Shown: positions 30,001 through 31,718, counted from the stretch's first letter. The stretch is DNA of 32,000 bases from Candidatus Omnitrophota bacterium (GCA_963662715.1 OY759724.1:1260001-1292000), one strand, 5' to 3'. Numbers and translations: made by a program. Notes: generated by a model from the sequence alone, not told the origin.

Positions 30001-31708
30001 TATCTAAATGTTCTTCTAAATATTCAGCCACTTTTACCTGAATATAAGCCTTAAGAGCTCCAACAGCAAAACCTTTAGCAAAGGCCTTGAGAATATCCCA
30101 AATTCTTGCCCCCACGCCCATATTACTTGTGGTGGCGTAAGGATTTCCTCCTTTACCAAAAATCTTAGTTAAAAATCCTTTTATTTTACTAAATGCAGAT
30201 TTTATCTTAGTAATTATTTTACCCCAAACACTTTGGGCATCCGAGCCAAAACCGGCATAGCCGGCAATAAATCCAGCTGCGGCGCCAATAAGAGCGCCTT
30301 TCAGAGCGCCTTCTTTACCATCCATCAAATACCCTATGGCCGCACCGGCTGCAGCTCCTATTCCGGCATTTATGGCAACAGCACTCCAGTCAACGGAAGA
30401 AGCCGCATCTGCCCCACCTCCATCTCCGATGGCTGACGGGTCAGCACTTGGGTCAGCCGCTCCGATACCCGCCATATAATTTAACCCTATAGAACAAGCA
30501 ATCGTTATAGCCGTGCTTAATATAAAAGCGGTGCTTTCACAATCATCGCCTCCGTCATTAATACAATTTACATAATAAGCCTCCCCAACAGCTGAACCAA
30601 AGGTTGAGGACGCCAAAGAGATAATCACCCCCAGAGGGCCGCCCATAATATAAGCAATAACTATTTGAATGACCATAGAGATAACAGCGGCAAAAATATC
30701 CGATCCGGACATCAAGCCAGGCAAATCATCTGATTTATCGACCCACTTGTTGCCCCAAACAAAGGCTTTCATCGCATCCGAAATAGGCTCATAGGCAATA
30801 TCTTCCTGGCGGTCCAGATTTAAGGCAAGCACAAAACCACTGGCTTTTGCCTTGAAATCACCCCGGCCCATAGAATGCGGTTTCCCTATATCATTATAAT
30901 AAACTTTTTCTGTATCAACTGAGGTAACAGTCACAAAGTGTTCGGAACCGAAATTCGCAACAAACGGAGTCTTCAGATAAAGCATGTCCTCCGCATCAAT
31001 TTTTACGGCCTGAACATTTAAGCCATATCCTCTTGCCACTTCTTCGATGGCAAAAAGCGACGTTTTAAGAAATTTTTCTCCCGGCCTGACAATATCATTC
31101 AACAAATCCACAGAAAGCGTAGCCACAGATATTTCCGAAAGAGAAGTAGGAATACTTTTTTGATCTAATAAATCTTTTAAGGCATAAACACCGCAGTTGA
31201 AAGGATGAATGTTGGGATCGCTGATCCATTCTCTTACAGATTGGACATATTTAGCGTCAATTTTCGTCTTTGAAGAAATAAAAACGCTTTTTTCTCCGGC
31301 CAAAGGGTCCTGAGGATCGGACGTAAGGCCAAGCTTAATCTGCGCATTGTCTTTATTTTCAATCTGTTCCAGCAAATTTCCTACGCCGGAAGCCAATTGA
31401 GCAGAAAGTATCTGTTCTTGAGAAATCTGAGGATTTTGCGGATCTAAAGCAACAACTTGAACCGGAGATGTTTTTGCTCCCCAAAGCACTGCGGGGTTAT
31501 AGTTAAAAGCCCAGCTAACCTGTTCCGGCACAAATATTAACACAATTGCTAAAGCGACTGTCCTGATCCAGGTCTTAAATCGGCTTCTAAAATATTCTTC
31601 TTTAACTTCTTTTTGGACATTAAGATTGGACGCAGAGTCTAACCCGTTGCTAGCAATAACACTAGACACACTTTGTCCACCTTGGTTTTTGTCCAATCTA
31701 AAGTTCAT
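1..31708 (-). CDS. Giant multi-domain membrane-anchored protein, 5' complete and 3' truncated by the window edge (at least 10,569 codons in window)
   Basis: ATG at 31708..31706 follows an in-frame TAA at 31712..31714. Manual translation of this frame is continuously open from 31708 to about 24900. Exact codon checks at more than 20 further sites, down to codon 2..4, stay in the same frame and yield recognisable motifs. The supplied ORF track has no ORF in this frame, consistent with an unterminated ORF. Confidence 0.9.
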   Translation of the reverse strand, partial: MNFRLDKNQGGQSVSSVIASNGLDSASNLNVQKEVKEEYFRSRFKTWIRTVALAIVLIFVPEQVSWAFNYNPAVLWGAKTSPVQVVALDPQNPQISQEQILSAQLASGVGNLLEQIENKDNAQIKLGLTSDPQDPLAGEKSVFISSKTKIDAKYVQSVREWISDPNIHPFNCGVYALKDLLDQKSIPTSLSEISVATLSVDLLNDIVRPGEKFLKTSLFAIEEVARGYGLNVQAVKIDAEDMLYLKTPFVANFGSEHFVTVTSVDTEKVYYNDIGKPHSMGRGDFKAKASGFVLALNLDRQEDIAYEPISDAMKAFVWGNKWVDKSDDLPGLMSGSDIFAAVISMVIQIVIAYIMGGPLGVIISLASSTFGSAVGEAYYVNCINDGGDDCESTAFILSTAITIACSIGLNYMAGIGAADPSADPSAIGDGGGADAASSVDWSAVAINAGIGAAAGAAIGYLMDGKEGALKGALIGAAAGFIAGYAGFGSDAQSVWGKIITKIKSAFSKIKGFLTKIFGKGGNPYATTSNMGVGARIWDILKAFAKGFAVGALKAYIQVKVAEYLEEHLDIDDEVLKSVVVGLVSSLAADIAVGLVVMGLDAAADAMFDEPASRDTDALGNRELVGLSDNSDKSKTNYATNEANAALQDALANNPNMSPEEQANLWQNTFDTAKAGYNSFMVNLGELGFMALQRMAGGLMNYILRSLFKDTFDSSSMASQLIGQFGNLIGQALMAEIWYGGDVGEYHNLDDEDKKNDPKIVNENGDPYKDGDGKAYVENIITGKTPVELLDTDGNGTADIAFVHNSFWGTMVRGLVQTTISVLLAQWLFPEDDFSEKDANGKVKKKEDRFQTFWASTMIFLGSVITEGLFASIAGTFKNSYNAANGSEAAKDGENYKNDKEANEYGSIFWQTVGDSFIRFGQNLVGNWVTAAPVGGSFNSLSDFSTYTDELAHMGGITLDVVLKAQEKREELEKEREEAKEQEGGYNAPDAWYAWGWDDSDAVSDDLKDADKTDEEINIEVGMSFLLMVEDNQIGFWVDNFSQAAAGSAISNIKRSVEYVASAVSSDPGYIKVYRDILGFAYRPIAREDEWGKSGKKEKLLKALEAEGVDVEELSIRELQNGQLDVYFEEGEDSEGTTKSVAKEKVMDAITAILSGEEGDVVFSEAALEGGTDWNKEKKEEVLNALEAEGISLEGLDIKEIEGNLNVSFAGATEETEPLSREQIFDFIISFLKENTSEGITKFVFHKDPFTEASRKILIGENTAETPYYIKYDLVTVDSLWDLVGPGVKTLAAMFGIVGVLPVDWMFDADLVGSVAEFGGLKAEEKTEFWDDEETGKIVTALKEEGVNLNRLHIGELEDGVLSVYFEMEEDTGKEESGNLEQGEEAVKLTKLDVQNLIEALISKDSEGESSPIVAFRSSPFVRGTGSSQHILTKGRAFRQTDNLTGRHYIGFMSYDPESGAYLYDGRKFSKEEAEELGFDPTIMKIRSLGTVVGDEMQGEREVQTDGEVTVAGIDAVVGLAAAGIEGVPSAEVVAKTEETAVDVDAAEGFEIPEEVVVDEEALKTAAAQPEFLTFGTDVLPENEEKILETNETETLNMGGGAGDGYDLTWGLGFEDVGYAVYTQETDGSWSFNSETLTGGLDSWSSLAVPATETTSDSGYEVPEIALTEKPIDTPAYQEKADDIPESSDDSEEVKEREQNKGDADKEQESAKDQKEKKPNISVVRSIQAHRLSEKEREEQGRESYEARVEQMKQDVSALSAEIEGLETKISKLEEEKAYLEQQVESGTKTDEQKQAIEQKINEIESLILSTERDITPKKTRLTTMEASLAEKVTRSQLVDSGPLWEGSGKASWNIAGDLFTTDDDILIGERTTSTSKYQIVKESGEKGVDHLMSTSYVGFKDALNQASLDSIAGYSIRVKNIQAVIQKYGLADIANLSEEERTEKLVALVEELNKTDLVEDTSEPSVLDGLAAEDPEFAEHLASLENLGVSSKSKGPVEMAVDIKAKAERFDQIVTALNEKGVTLKGIAEGKVETADVAAELAELNALGITLEDIKKANADGNVNSTLKKKLLGVEAVAMQAIFAKIFPELSADAVEEITEALDAVDTLGNLEETVMDLAIAEGPIKDLITNVLATTTADSDISSIAVNFFKERMTRQDWETLNDKIALNREIKALAQPEAEEESEPVKTENVNDAISAALSGQGEIAFYGSLDAEEGTTWDEEKKAGVLEALEASGIALDGLDIKEVDGQIKVAFSGASSVKKEERQETAPLKTEDVNDAILAALSGQGEITFYSALEGQEGTAWDEEKKAGVLEALEASGIALDGLDIKEVDGQIKVAFSGASSVNEEAGVPTQAEYDASVKKLYAKYDIAEDTELATVNDMGTNVFSFMGSGFVDETGQGQLRTDFAFGGSEENPIVLQDNMSPVDPGDGVMVRAIAKGNGISYADLTGGILDSHTSPTAFLAKAYYGRIANPDGTLSPELVSGAIFSRFSSKRTAAERLTRIKDNLAAIGVTFESLVAAGGNLSPETDHFAEKSVRLAQILDELEGLGIELEDVFSAAESAEETGSDIETELLAQMGGAENFITREASATGLIAEAKTSIDQATQQLRFDDAAILGSYIHYITKGEEGGEKKEGSVVYDKTIEQGVAELYSTDMLYNEETGGALPYLFLHDKEAGIYEAHPFVIRVDEFVARNPKIAVYGNEDGAHPLNGQMTVNNTIVKINDDNSISYYLRGQEGQMGYTGDSFLVSSLELKNLVNTEAFRTLLQAELGLSTPEEVDELTLEQKLEVAAKIKDLRVKFDEEKIGDIGEEGDFFATKINDPKFTHLWGAGELTKDPKATITLKDREGNKLDSTVLDFERGEGASLFGIDEDGMLKPFVGGRAVQGEVEGQGDGASASVAFFEKILSPQLLAMIPGLGERLVSKGGGTPGPGGLSSEDVEGMAHDNVVMNPKHVTRLSLENGSAVNVYLAGVGGVSGDDIYAAEDYEGNANEEDTNQVKGQGTRGLSFLANPWLTANFGTEENPLQMNQSLSSFYVENRVNSVKRLKDVYKVNAADDVEILDGVASGNLAGIKGLLHVQTKVILGDTQEIKAELEEAGETVTVDEAFTPFVAESIFLANGAISIRDGGNTLTYIDQSQTFLLKQSGALEGHVDESQEVSSAEITSSKGFKQQVRLGYMEDGYQKNVALLVSDFDETVQLKDGNVRVTGRDGRLTLAAMKGLMDERSAAYNDLHITQAMKDDPTQLNIDYIVESVVGKTPDFVINKLRNVGGKVTAFWADDLSLANSYFRVARGDVLGLNPTEIDIDFSEIQEKKAQGESAEEEEAVNFKDAPAEGALLLRPDELSVKQGLVVYRASDLTSLNDEEYLDENKTKAKGLAFAFGQIVTDEATGKKSKVFTGTPTHTPFGVGSIYAIDKSARDANSGIPFLSVRENSKIKVGEGEDAKSTGERITADLFYSDEADGRLAGIKVVEGGRRIGFNLDQLLIGIKMGEIYGQFHLFAAREQMDLNKQYTMEEVAKVFTQKMNLYLAGQINAYARSKVDDLSAPLPDDLEALKNNPTVQKILNKIEKVASQYQKDYAQYKKDLETPGYQEFAMAPVKPKYFISDKDVAAIIAEATDGQMADVEETALREVMAFFNVVVESRGIDGKERESDGAIVYSAQELFNGAQEVLGIMNVNFSGTARFAEKGGVWESFAFVPEDPEKSKAAGRPEFQIDSGGMYSIKNKRTGEDGTVYLTPDQEIAATIDDWTTSGNGRLTFVLGSGGVLTPTTYSLLTSIYNENAYNDENNAGMAENGGVLLPNVVGGVLSVLKKDDPANDESSGYDPNKAFAQKFRVKDILGGGSLAYLDLGDANDDYTFGVEYNGMSVDGIMLASTAEDAGTEIDATLEASLNAMNSLIGTDSYGGGELLINLETGSGVVVLPLYPQMSRVVQILRGGTTNGAVIRDGSYAFVNNSSEKIYRMLTKSGRIAYAFDRRLDNEEMLQDLRGVTGEELDQALNDFQTKRKAGFFSSKSDGRGDNDQIVLKLDADGNIIAMHQIDQSHVFGPKSGDLKQVFLNIGGKQVPVTVSSKKWAEEEEMRSIDLVMDRMQDQSMMSNPVYMPFQLIKKMRKGEKFIVVDENGIQKQFYASEINLYGRQAGSREHVEDNSEDFHEDENLPADVAAQFNGEVVSTVGVITLKDFMSWSGFGGDDFDTYLTDAEGNVLTDLLPLKTKLDVDDIRFSGKDENSKDKKLNDRDFFYATDKLSDDQIGSMLLSQNDYRGMFDVYDTDSNTNNYLAVHFDKDENALMGRIVDGQDVVRLLGSLSNDERKDRKGNVILPEGLLSGDQTFRGFIFEGKKLNTVAQVEGWVEGITAPITIILALTGVGNIVNAAKQAGVKAGLEVGKQITLATIKEGAKQVVKESIKKYGMKVATTLLVENLIHLGMTGEFMNLEQNLKSAILTVGFLKGSAKVATFLTNRGLTLAKVSPRLVAWGGRVAEKYPKLGAFGKALTAEGLKGEAARIAVGLPTVTGITTLGAMANEGISAFVDQRDANWGAAALRGAAKGPALFATVYVASKMFTGKMGGYNPNLGTGSFLSTMKGSFLTRAGNIANLKGLAGIGSMYATWGLSGGLSDYSEAIINEESFSLGDFGRSFNKSGLWGAGLGMAFFVVNSVGMALAERSTLNALKSGQAGVTMPENFAVAAERYGTKLAAEKAAEKVLPSIDAQKSGIAAIQPGTLVKGVLRTTAAGVSGYVGPNYIYKNFISDGKDLSTETRLAAAFLFIAGANILQVKKFFSGGIAKIGAMEAAPVATVSQALKKSLTVPMMSLQGSIGFASAGVLWEATKDTAKGVLNIFGANYGSDAPSNKLKYFGMIEKYFKAVGGGLEGGTTTGPLIHFMMPTAYSSLARLEATNRGIGGYLSLFGRTGKAALKKKPVSMETLLSEGNQFHRLLGVEVGEKGLSGSFLVKQIAKADELSVFLGANDLLTQHVFTPGLMNLAKQTAADTATPAEKYVLNILTGGEGLDSEKGLAHLGELASELSLWTSIALLPAPLRVPPKERDVKTETEAKDATKKTGPPTSAEKNAPSTTPQTTAKKGSSTPQSATETPTVTVMPLGQRSRMRRIVSELKIKAKGFASLFTGRDKKPQVIEMSTLSSYGDLQKVANAMNGRKPVRVFIGGQEIKDIRTILQLTTIWDIRTRKPLLDPTLAKALVTASEITGYELLQAGQPEMFLALNGANVIDAAHARNTKGKAPAQVNYITAQTGAGKSTFLMIAQALYNSFTGRGTLVIVPDALVREQIDFLKKQHGEKLAKQGLKKIVEVKMEDVQSDPAGVLANLENADLVVTSPYTIKLVYGQKADQAQGKLYSNIYNAMKRRVNGKGEGTGRHVILDEAAKLEYMPFLNLSKRTGEVRYVPEVLQGFSTEAFKALDRAIRKLAKNHPDPKQRQTIKNFEDMMHFLSGTDSQGKQWISKPGEKGGRAIASLELVQAWLTEILVSKGQRETMRTVREGFTIHEGVDKLSRNRNKRLSLDKKVLEKYGLKEGYTEADALIAAFNAGIESWGEILPLLYRTYSAPLGEQRSRPVSLMGGEAYDVKVQDLIRPVMDELIQSPIFGRKKGNPKGVEVTQTITRVSFDTIMRDLVKTEGSNVLMISASPLSPTMLKLYGANELVTMSIKDSNAMGSSQVPFRPGENETDKFIAARESNPGKAIVNNIDAISGGKSLAKRALHLFFPDTYLVNEKVVKQIEASVGQLPTHKKSTIIVLDTNGREIVWDRASGETLSQAIKGNRKVDSLKKMHFDNEAPIIITFGPRAVGANFGFKADSIAIVVSTPRSFFEMVRQAIGRPRGIMSFDASGKESIDFANMPTRVLLATEQKGSTGEQGPKAYNDFVVKTLNKNQRMASRIENTRLAVELAMTPKYRAIDDAIMAERSAPGGGRENVIRALELLRTEALTSDSILMNKFKEARATDFVIRDALDSTARFMETKMGRNSEIFALLLPKTQSMLEGLIYGGPTAGESLPYFLAADRVADITKSILSRNEMGDFTQQYPGFENQTTITIGKTASDTFVPLRPQGKVWNGQAVPQTVGELFDAVNISGQEAETYFQTLAAIPGVLSDVSEGVSDLDRQINPDALETFASLATLSGPQEQALLRIFKVMPQGTAPQLDPATGTFGLARRTRDSQGNLAAPLTQDDLRANFVKGMDVAVSLAQNSYISFTHSFTSGLSNFLNLDNNIGELAAAGLIGPGDLSMEDFMSVLYASEDDPLRKQEVLAGVVNDKEVSDFMMEIVQERAKQFSIINSSLGGEEEDKATLSEATSLYSSPSVRTIKKAQEVLGLTGKDKGNQRFRALKIMAGLYAVGTYRDNPVWQKADSMIREQSANAAQISGNEALVESTLTLDDFYSPELIDRVIDRVISADKSVKPSKYVAKVVKKVKAAREKAAVEMRQDDQKRYASELMSLSDLGIGGSEGHALRNGREMRMMTELITNEMYASTGEFNNLRNIFMNRAERSTFMKNAVGQLPLRFMSPNGEGRQILAFIDALGPTLESYDKNSVEYKFYSRLGKLADSVMAGSGNRQMRMVTPYMVNKVAEELNLSEDDTLTLLGVAPRDANGNESTQAKAYKTRLQQAKLRIAVAPQENLSLDSGYIKALNNGQGLTVPDNIADFDQIEVHDRSIDNFIAPVGRGKKQLQESLSVENTVIALLYEHKYNELNASEDSPSANLAERAGEALLADVLPMLNALVAEQRKAEADLKELESGLQKKGNISQEERTELEKRKVVVAEKQNALRAEINRQILAVAGSETGRPVTAQDLASVVTVTGKGLSSKERAARKQRKADSLFSELVENGYIDERGVVQDKFDQLKSSFDLGLSDSLTNAQAAKLYRILQGASTVDYNAEKVVSQLNRISKEMETRSIIWQRDVLPLAKDILGVGQGEALFGDQKLEAELERVSFSLVPGRRMDKKGEAAAEHARGTTDIRTALSGFSSKGQSDSYKKVWEPIHEILGHHFLDTLNNLDKTPQGQKILREQWVQTKRLDRVLGAGATEALFNEGGEVVDGSIFKEGLYSVDVRGQEHYGFEHAGDGSWNELLATMLPFYVLSQSPHYQNSRDQSLVGPLFGQLASGREYNMAMVKDLSFAEMKSAVEASKPNLRLGGQFDAETQAAFNQKIDRLLVAFQEAGVDLQYLIQDELNVANNKQGMYAPGTLANYKEFDDQDSETGGPGSQIYISKEKTRRDFVSHLMALFHDGNHALTEKKETSSPGFVVGRLSQLKDIVEKSGDEELKTLVGNLLDKYQAKGNMKYDHPVYDLIAGIEDSQRTDLSLEQVKTELKHIEQRIQKSRQFDETDESTVAFLNQLQTLQKPGHIVTKEDLHKLAEMPLAKTEFGAAVELFGHVSPFLHIPEEAIRFHSGAGDQDLIALVGKMQSNEELRQFFTQYNLDVGMPLQVGESLVAVQGTPEQKVKLQSSLNKQSDLMVTGVNTIEVISGLQNPLVSQEGDTLKIHAAAVDNPVLGEIVTEIALSGAKSPDQLTETIVQKLQQPEVSAAGAFGVSEIDNIVVALQEEDGARKAESAVGDMVRTFNDSKPKVSSSIQKEQKVEIARSSSLLDKETAQSSPISLFGRKPRENGAAVSPQRTKFRYPLSEIETVFQEDVRKFSQPIEFGVYLIAMDPGGTFSHILVPKSLGVNDVRDLDKNIYGWTRALPAMRKVNGGGTYQFGLEIASHPIISEVEQDDGNRFFLSGKDIVLAQDISMARFFSAEKLHEMFPGRERDSISNEELEQKVIETIKAQKVAGQFSIENGQINGMTDNLYLDGELGIETFSSPRFVYPTAAFNLKTALKNQQADHSLGFAHVHNSFTKAEKESDTLTGVYARALEEYAGPQETSLTLLSPQDMISVLTSQRRFESILTKAGTAEALQKMGTRVTLSGVLAFDVNTRDLMGQRWFDIAEVEKDPQALKDFRKTVLAAYYANKSATKEEDFSGAVKDYWQMMLDLSTEGPLRQSSPILDASSDISSVFTGSKRISTDPSKKKGFVPPKQDDSSVTPPEQSKEVKVSSSIEEASMTPPKPKRQRRNWKTEENPAEISDLRKAEASGRGDESSSSKNSGKDTASSTSKRQRRNWKTEENPAEISDLRKSEASGRGDGAPSGTSPAPVVDAPAALTAIMPYATNYYQSQISQSSDSAGSISQQVMGDISPASVDTQLQKYGSVETTDMTDLSTREVTSSTGLAPPVGMPTIKQPVVSSPVIPVAPVSSGLLPTFQLSSAPKISSGFGSGLTSSPIRDFSIKQRPSTIASLPKQQVVELFNNNDALRAAIRSEAEKDFNELDNAGFIDLFVDSLQNRKIGVDMEISGLESVQLEKTDDLLGKLLYVVTGKTESEAQPISEDPTIQLGYRVGEAGPRETRVEKDLASPEVVSPMLDQVKSKADAKEWLVQQFSVQRLAESLPVMLGEENVKAGVGVHFHHSRQEDYDRETANAMEVSQMSTEYYRNILWGMTTDNVQVSAIPMAPGTSMSVAGHLLAYSDISTGKQYTSKQKKVAGKYHSEERVQYSVKDAASFVKTAAVTARMDELNRRVLEDQGYRAGVKKAVLTNAAVKMKKAGKLSDDQIKQKISALDKVMGDSAFFPADFNVSYTKDAGAFKEVLEASYEVFVQELDLPESATQQAMAAYKQYNATVDQVKAAVTADASQLTDTQKDLAYEVNRWGNVSTLDFVNAINVKKQSIDFSGIQDRMALSQDTASSSISNIALDIEEAKKQFNKAVQGYNKAAETGNRQYDARPIVKEMASANRKVNSLPSGAEKTEISNKANDLNRQMLLEGVSGAPSLINRLGKMISRNEYTPRGQEKALVQEIVDMGADQLRQMEAEYGKAEVADIRRDFNNSVKSMMSAVDITPETKKDVRLSSYEQKNPAMYGWLTQAIDEVQSAPNDERGVLSEGITYVLKGRQVYTDGTKAPHATFMNERNYPELGGLKTGGVDYSGYMRVGKQNGKLVLAVDSGSNTVNSSGQLTNFTRQSGELKRIINDLGIEEVVLVNGRGLEADGTTLESLRAQNYIAGSQKVEASSSPIQIAKPTLEQFNVIKTAVAKSDFFKDKSIVSVRSNAAAGDGKAVYDNGKLNINLNNFSLQTVGAIQNSLGVSLEEAYTEYAAVVYNHERFHREIINNEKRVQNHQPRKAGQYTSGELQGIMNTARRSDNYATQQAVSVIDNIMASSYRYSPEEAEYGEEVFANYIENGGLMTRGETGSGTRDARFILAVNTLMTNLAQEGSIDKAFVANVVDKAETKGTAWDPAQTDTVRFAESPTTYARAIIRETTAVSSPVTIARTASLDKLQEMNPNVSVDNLQNTPNISVELADTVPSKIVNHLARLTSIIPAQEEKETYLESAGLLFGQQGPEGTYNITDVVPLTEYSERTGQHLVPDSQNVAQLIESNAVGEKKLLGVYHTHPGRRVLSGQVPGPSREDRLSADFLIPELADKIVAQPIGIVFEPDMDEIVNMPIAMLDDSAAMTPKDINVFTYVPDANTTKGVITVSKQKGSALLSDIRQSRGSASSSPISAAAMQLLSRTQGQSTWKVITPDAMNAYFKVKAGQEGIQAVKEQLAQDPRAWVGFGDMSKIAAMDKSYTSEVVDILIPAGVRIVDEVMRQHGGQAIRISGDEVGIILPSDLSREDVDVIRQEAQQKVEQLIPGAFGFSKVDFAGVSALEHREAVIDLVQEELGDTVLNSFFEDIDGTFVVYDREGKSLEKGLEDRLTVINAKLAAAGVNARIEQAGTPFEVFSPKLSFGVERAPQLPSGVDASYGAAIRRGEFILNLAKESDQAGAMGTAFKEGLKDFDHEEGTMEPLPQIIRENYVAALSAELSPRIELYTDQLEPTYPAFKREELGNFVTAQLAQDAMFLVKNDSKYVPYDELDTQVKESIATGKFTVDALRGNDNGEFGFKVINEFSDHELANNVILTSAEAYNKVLKSQNLRGVRLVRGPPDNFYLVIPKGINRDLKEEDFVAFVDAVEQEINQNIDVDAKVRLTANVVDSDLDGQTAGELIPTVDKLAKVEQSIPPTVTSRGNRVKVYSDDAETIEKFGNEIISLRASDRVKFQQILTENYGTQSAVVNATTSSPVKKAEPFKAQLTKGRGRVSVKAADILEELDRTDLRTEPKKFIDLLLSYSRETQNSPKKSIEARSEMARAKTYIQENYISAPQDVVQYGDALRISPKGQALAAAYVKLQDDNVNITLPRMADVAKITKSEAQEIFDAEIKPVLRVAEQSLAPEQEIMPIPDSAVVDAKESAAFDDIKDLIQDSVDQGEVKLYEDLIDLTQSMTGSTRHRVMNNLQRWGLSKKEFAAKREGTEGSSSAEVAAAAQPVNVKGYTVRVLKDVRKAKLNQVQSRLSDSFTTFLESPEPSKFEYNQALKGLNKLRLGNQRVVFRVLEEEKVLGVMVVENRGDLDHDYEKALKKFVEMPNSEFMAKSYDLTEKPSSSPIELPERVSSVVAKDAKDINYSDLRALTGSMNAASQPQEAVLVSKISEIMKENPQIASEIRTQAQGEVIFDVQPPAKYDELVTLTPEQVQNLSPKMSNLSPYRTERAIM
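420..661 (-). other. RelE/ParE-like toxin-fold module embedded in the giant protein
   Basis: The translation is YTVRVLKDVRKAKLNQVQSRLSDSFTTFLESPEPSKFEYNQALKGLNKLRLGNQRVVFRVLEEEKVLGVMVVENRGD. It matches the family pattern y.i.......l.kl......i...i..l...P......LkG....yRlRvGdyRviy.v.d....v.vl.v.hR. Confidence 0.6.
2630..2945 (-). other. GGDEF-like / nucleotidyl-cyclase palm domain with variant signature SGDEV
   Basis: AWVGFGDMSKIAAMDKSYTSEVVDILI...GGQAIRISGDEVGIILPS aligns by eye with the GGDEF consensus DiDhFKxiNDxxGHxxGDxxL...RxGGDEFxxxL. SGDEV lies at 2780..2794. Confidence 0.45.
3270..3630 (-). other. JAB/MPN+ (JAMM) metalloprotease domain, RadC-like PSxxD variant
   Basis: The N-terminal ESAGLLFG at about 3590..3612 matches the ExcGlLxG motif. 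It is followed by LLGVYHTHPGRRVLSGQVPGPSREDR, with H-T-H at 3416..3424, Ser at 3374..3376 and Asp at 3365..3367. The loop between HxH and PSxxD is longer than canonical. Confidence 0.7.
4277..4291 (-). other. HExxH motif (HERFH), candidate zincin metalloprotease active site
   Basis: The checked translation is TEYAAVVYNHERFHREIIN. This is a motif only. A chance occurrence in a protein of this size is plausible. Confidence 0.25.
6880..7310 (-). other. S/P/V/G/T-rich low-complexity linker
   Basis: The translation is rich in S, P, V and G, for example KQPVVSSPVIPVAPVSSGLLPTFQLSSAPKISSGFGSGLTSSPIRDF. Confidence 0.55.
7315..7542 (-). repeat. Two 90-nt near-identical copies with a 138-nt (46-aa) in-frame period, encoding KRQRRNWKTEENPAEISDLRK[A/S]EASGRGD
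   Basis: Copy 1 (7315..7404) and copy 2 (7453..7542) differ at about 6 of 90 positions and are separated by a 48-nt diverged spacer. The translation was checked codon by codon. Confidence 0.9.
14190..16080 (-). other. SF2 / SecA-like DEAD-type ATPase module
   Basis: Motif I is AQTGAGKS (15941..15964). Motif II is VILDEAA (15563..15583). A motif III-like LMISASPLSPTMLKLYG lies near 14770..14800 and resembles the SecA GMTGTA..EF..IY pattern. Motif VI is QAIGRPRG (14201..14224). Order and spacing fit a two-RecA-lobe ATPase. Confidence 0.7.
16400..16585 (-). other. Basic K/T/P/S-rich low-complexity linker
   Basis: The translation is PPKERDVKTETEAKDATKKTGPPTSAEKNAPSTTPQTTAKKGSSTPQS. Confidence 0.6.
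16650..18660 (-). other. Second Gly/Ala-rich multi-pass hydrophobic block, immediately N-terminal to the ATPase module
   Basis: Checked translations include GITAPITIILALTGVGNIVNAA (about 18600) and GLWGAGLGMAFFVVNSVGMALA (about 17740). Less rigorous translation gives RLAAAFLFIAGANILQV and IAVGLPTVTGITTLGAMA. The block ends with LSLWTSIALLPAPL (about 16600). Confidence 0.55.
24669..25178 (-). repeat. In-frame tandem duplication, 2 x 255 bp (85 aa), each unit carrying one copy of the ~40-aa W-D-E-E-K-K motif
   Basis: The string gcccatctacctctttaatatccagcccatctaatgcaataccgctggcttcca occurs at 24706 and 24961, a 255-nt period. The core differs at only a few positions. Both units encode WDEEKKAGVLEALEASGIALDGLDIKEVDGQIKVAFSGASSV. 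Confidence 0.9.
26280..26520 (-). other. Charged coiled-coil-like segment
   Basis: The translation reads LSEKEREEQGRESYEARVEQMKQDVSALSAEIEGLETKISKLEEEKAYLEQQVESGTKTDEQKQAIEQKINEIESLIL, with a heptad-like E/K/Q/L pattern. Confidence 0.5.
27605..28441 (-). repeat. Three diverged copies of a ~40-aa protein motif (W-x-x-E-K-K...L-x-A-L-E-A-E-G-[IV]...L-x-I-x-E...V-x-F)
   Basis: Copy a (28322..28441) is WGKSGKKEKLLKALEAEGVDVEELSIRELQNGQLDVYFEE. Copy b (28079..28198) is TDWNKEKKEEVLNALEAEGISLEGLDIKEIEGNLNVSFAG. Copy c (27605..27727) is FWDDEETGKIVTALKEEGVNLNRLHIGELEDGVLSVYFEME. Confidence 0.8.
29081..30706 (-). other. First Gly/Ala-rich multi-pass hydrophobic block, with one soluble insertion
   Basis: Translated hydrophobic segments include IFAAVISMVIQIVIAYIMGGPLGVIISLASSTFG, STAFILSTAITIACSIGLNYMAGIG, WSAVAINAGIGAAAGAAIGYLM, GALIGAAAGFIAGYAGFG, VVVGLVSSLAADIAVGLVVMGL, VRGLVQTTISVLLAQWLF and TFWASTMIFLGSVITEGLFASIAGTF. 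Confidence 0.55.
30809..31231 (-). other. Peptidase C39-like (papain-fold) cysteine peptidase domain
   Basis: HPFNCGVYALKDLL has Cys172 at 31193..31195. FVANFGSEHFVTVTSVD has His257 at 30938..30940. YYNDIG has Asp273 at 30890..30892, 16 residues after the His. Spacing and local context match the C39 Cys/His/Asp pattern (xCGxxAL, HFVVl, xDP). Confidence 0.65.
31511..31570 (-). other. N-terminal signal-anchor transmembrane helix (residues ~47-66, WIRTVALAIVLIFVPEQVSW)
   Basis: A hydrophobic 20-residue stretch follows the basic segment KEEYFRSRFK. The positive-inside rule suggests an N-in orientation. Confidence 0.6.
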
Positions 31709-31718
31709 TTTTTATAAT

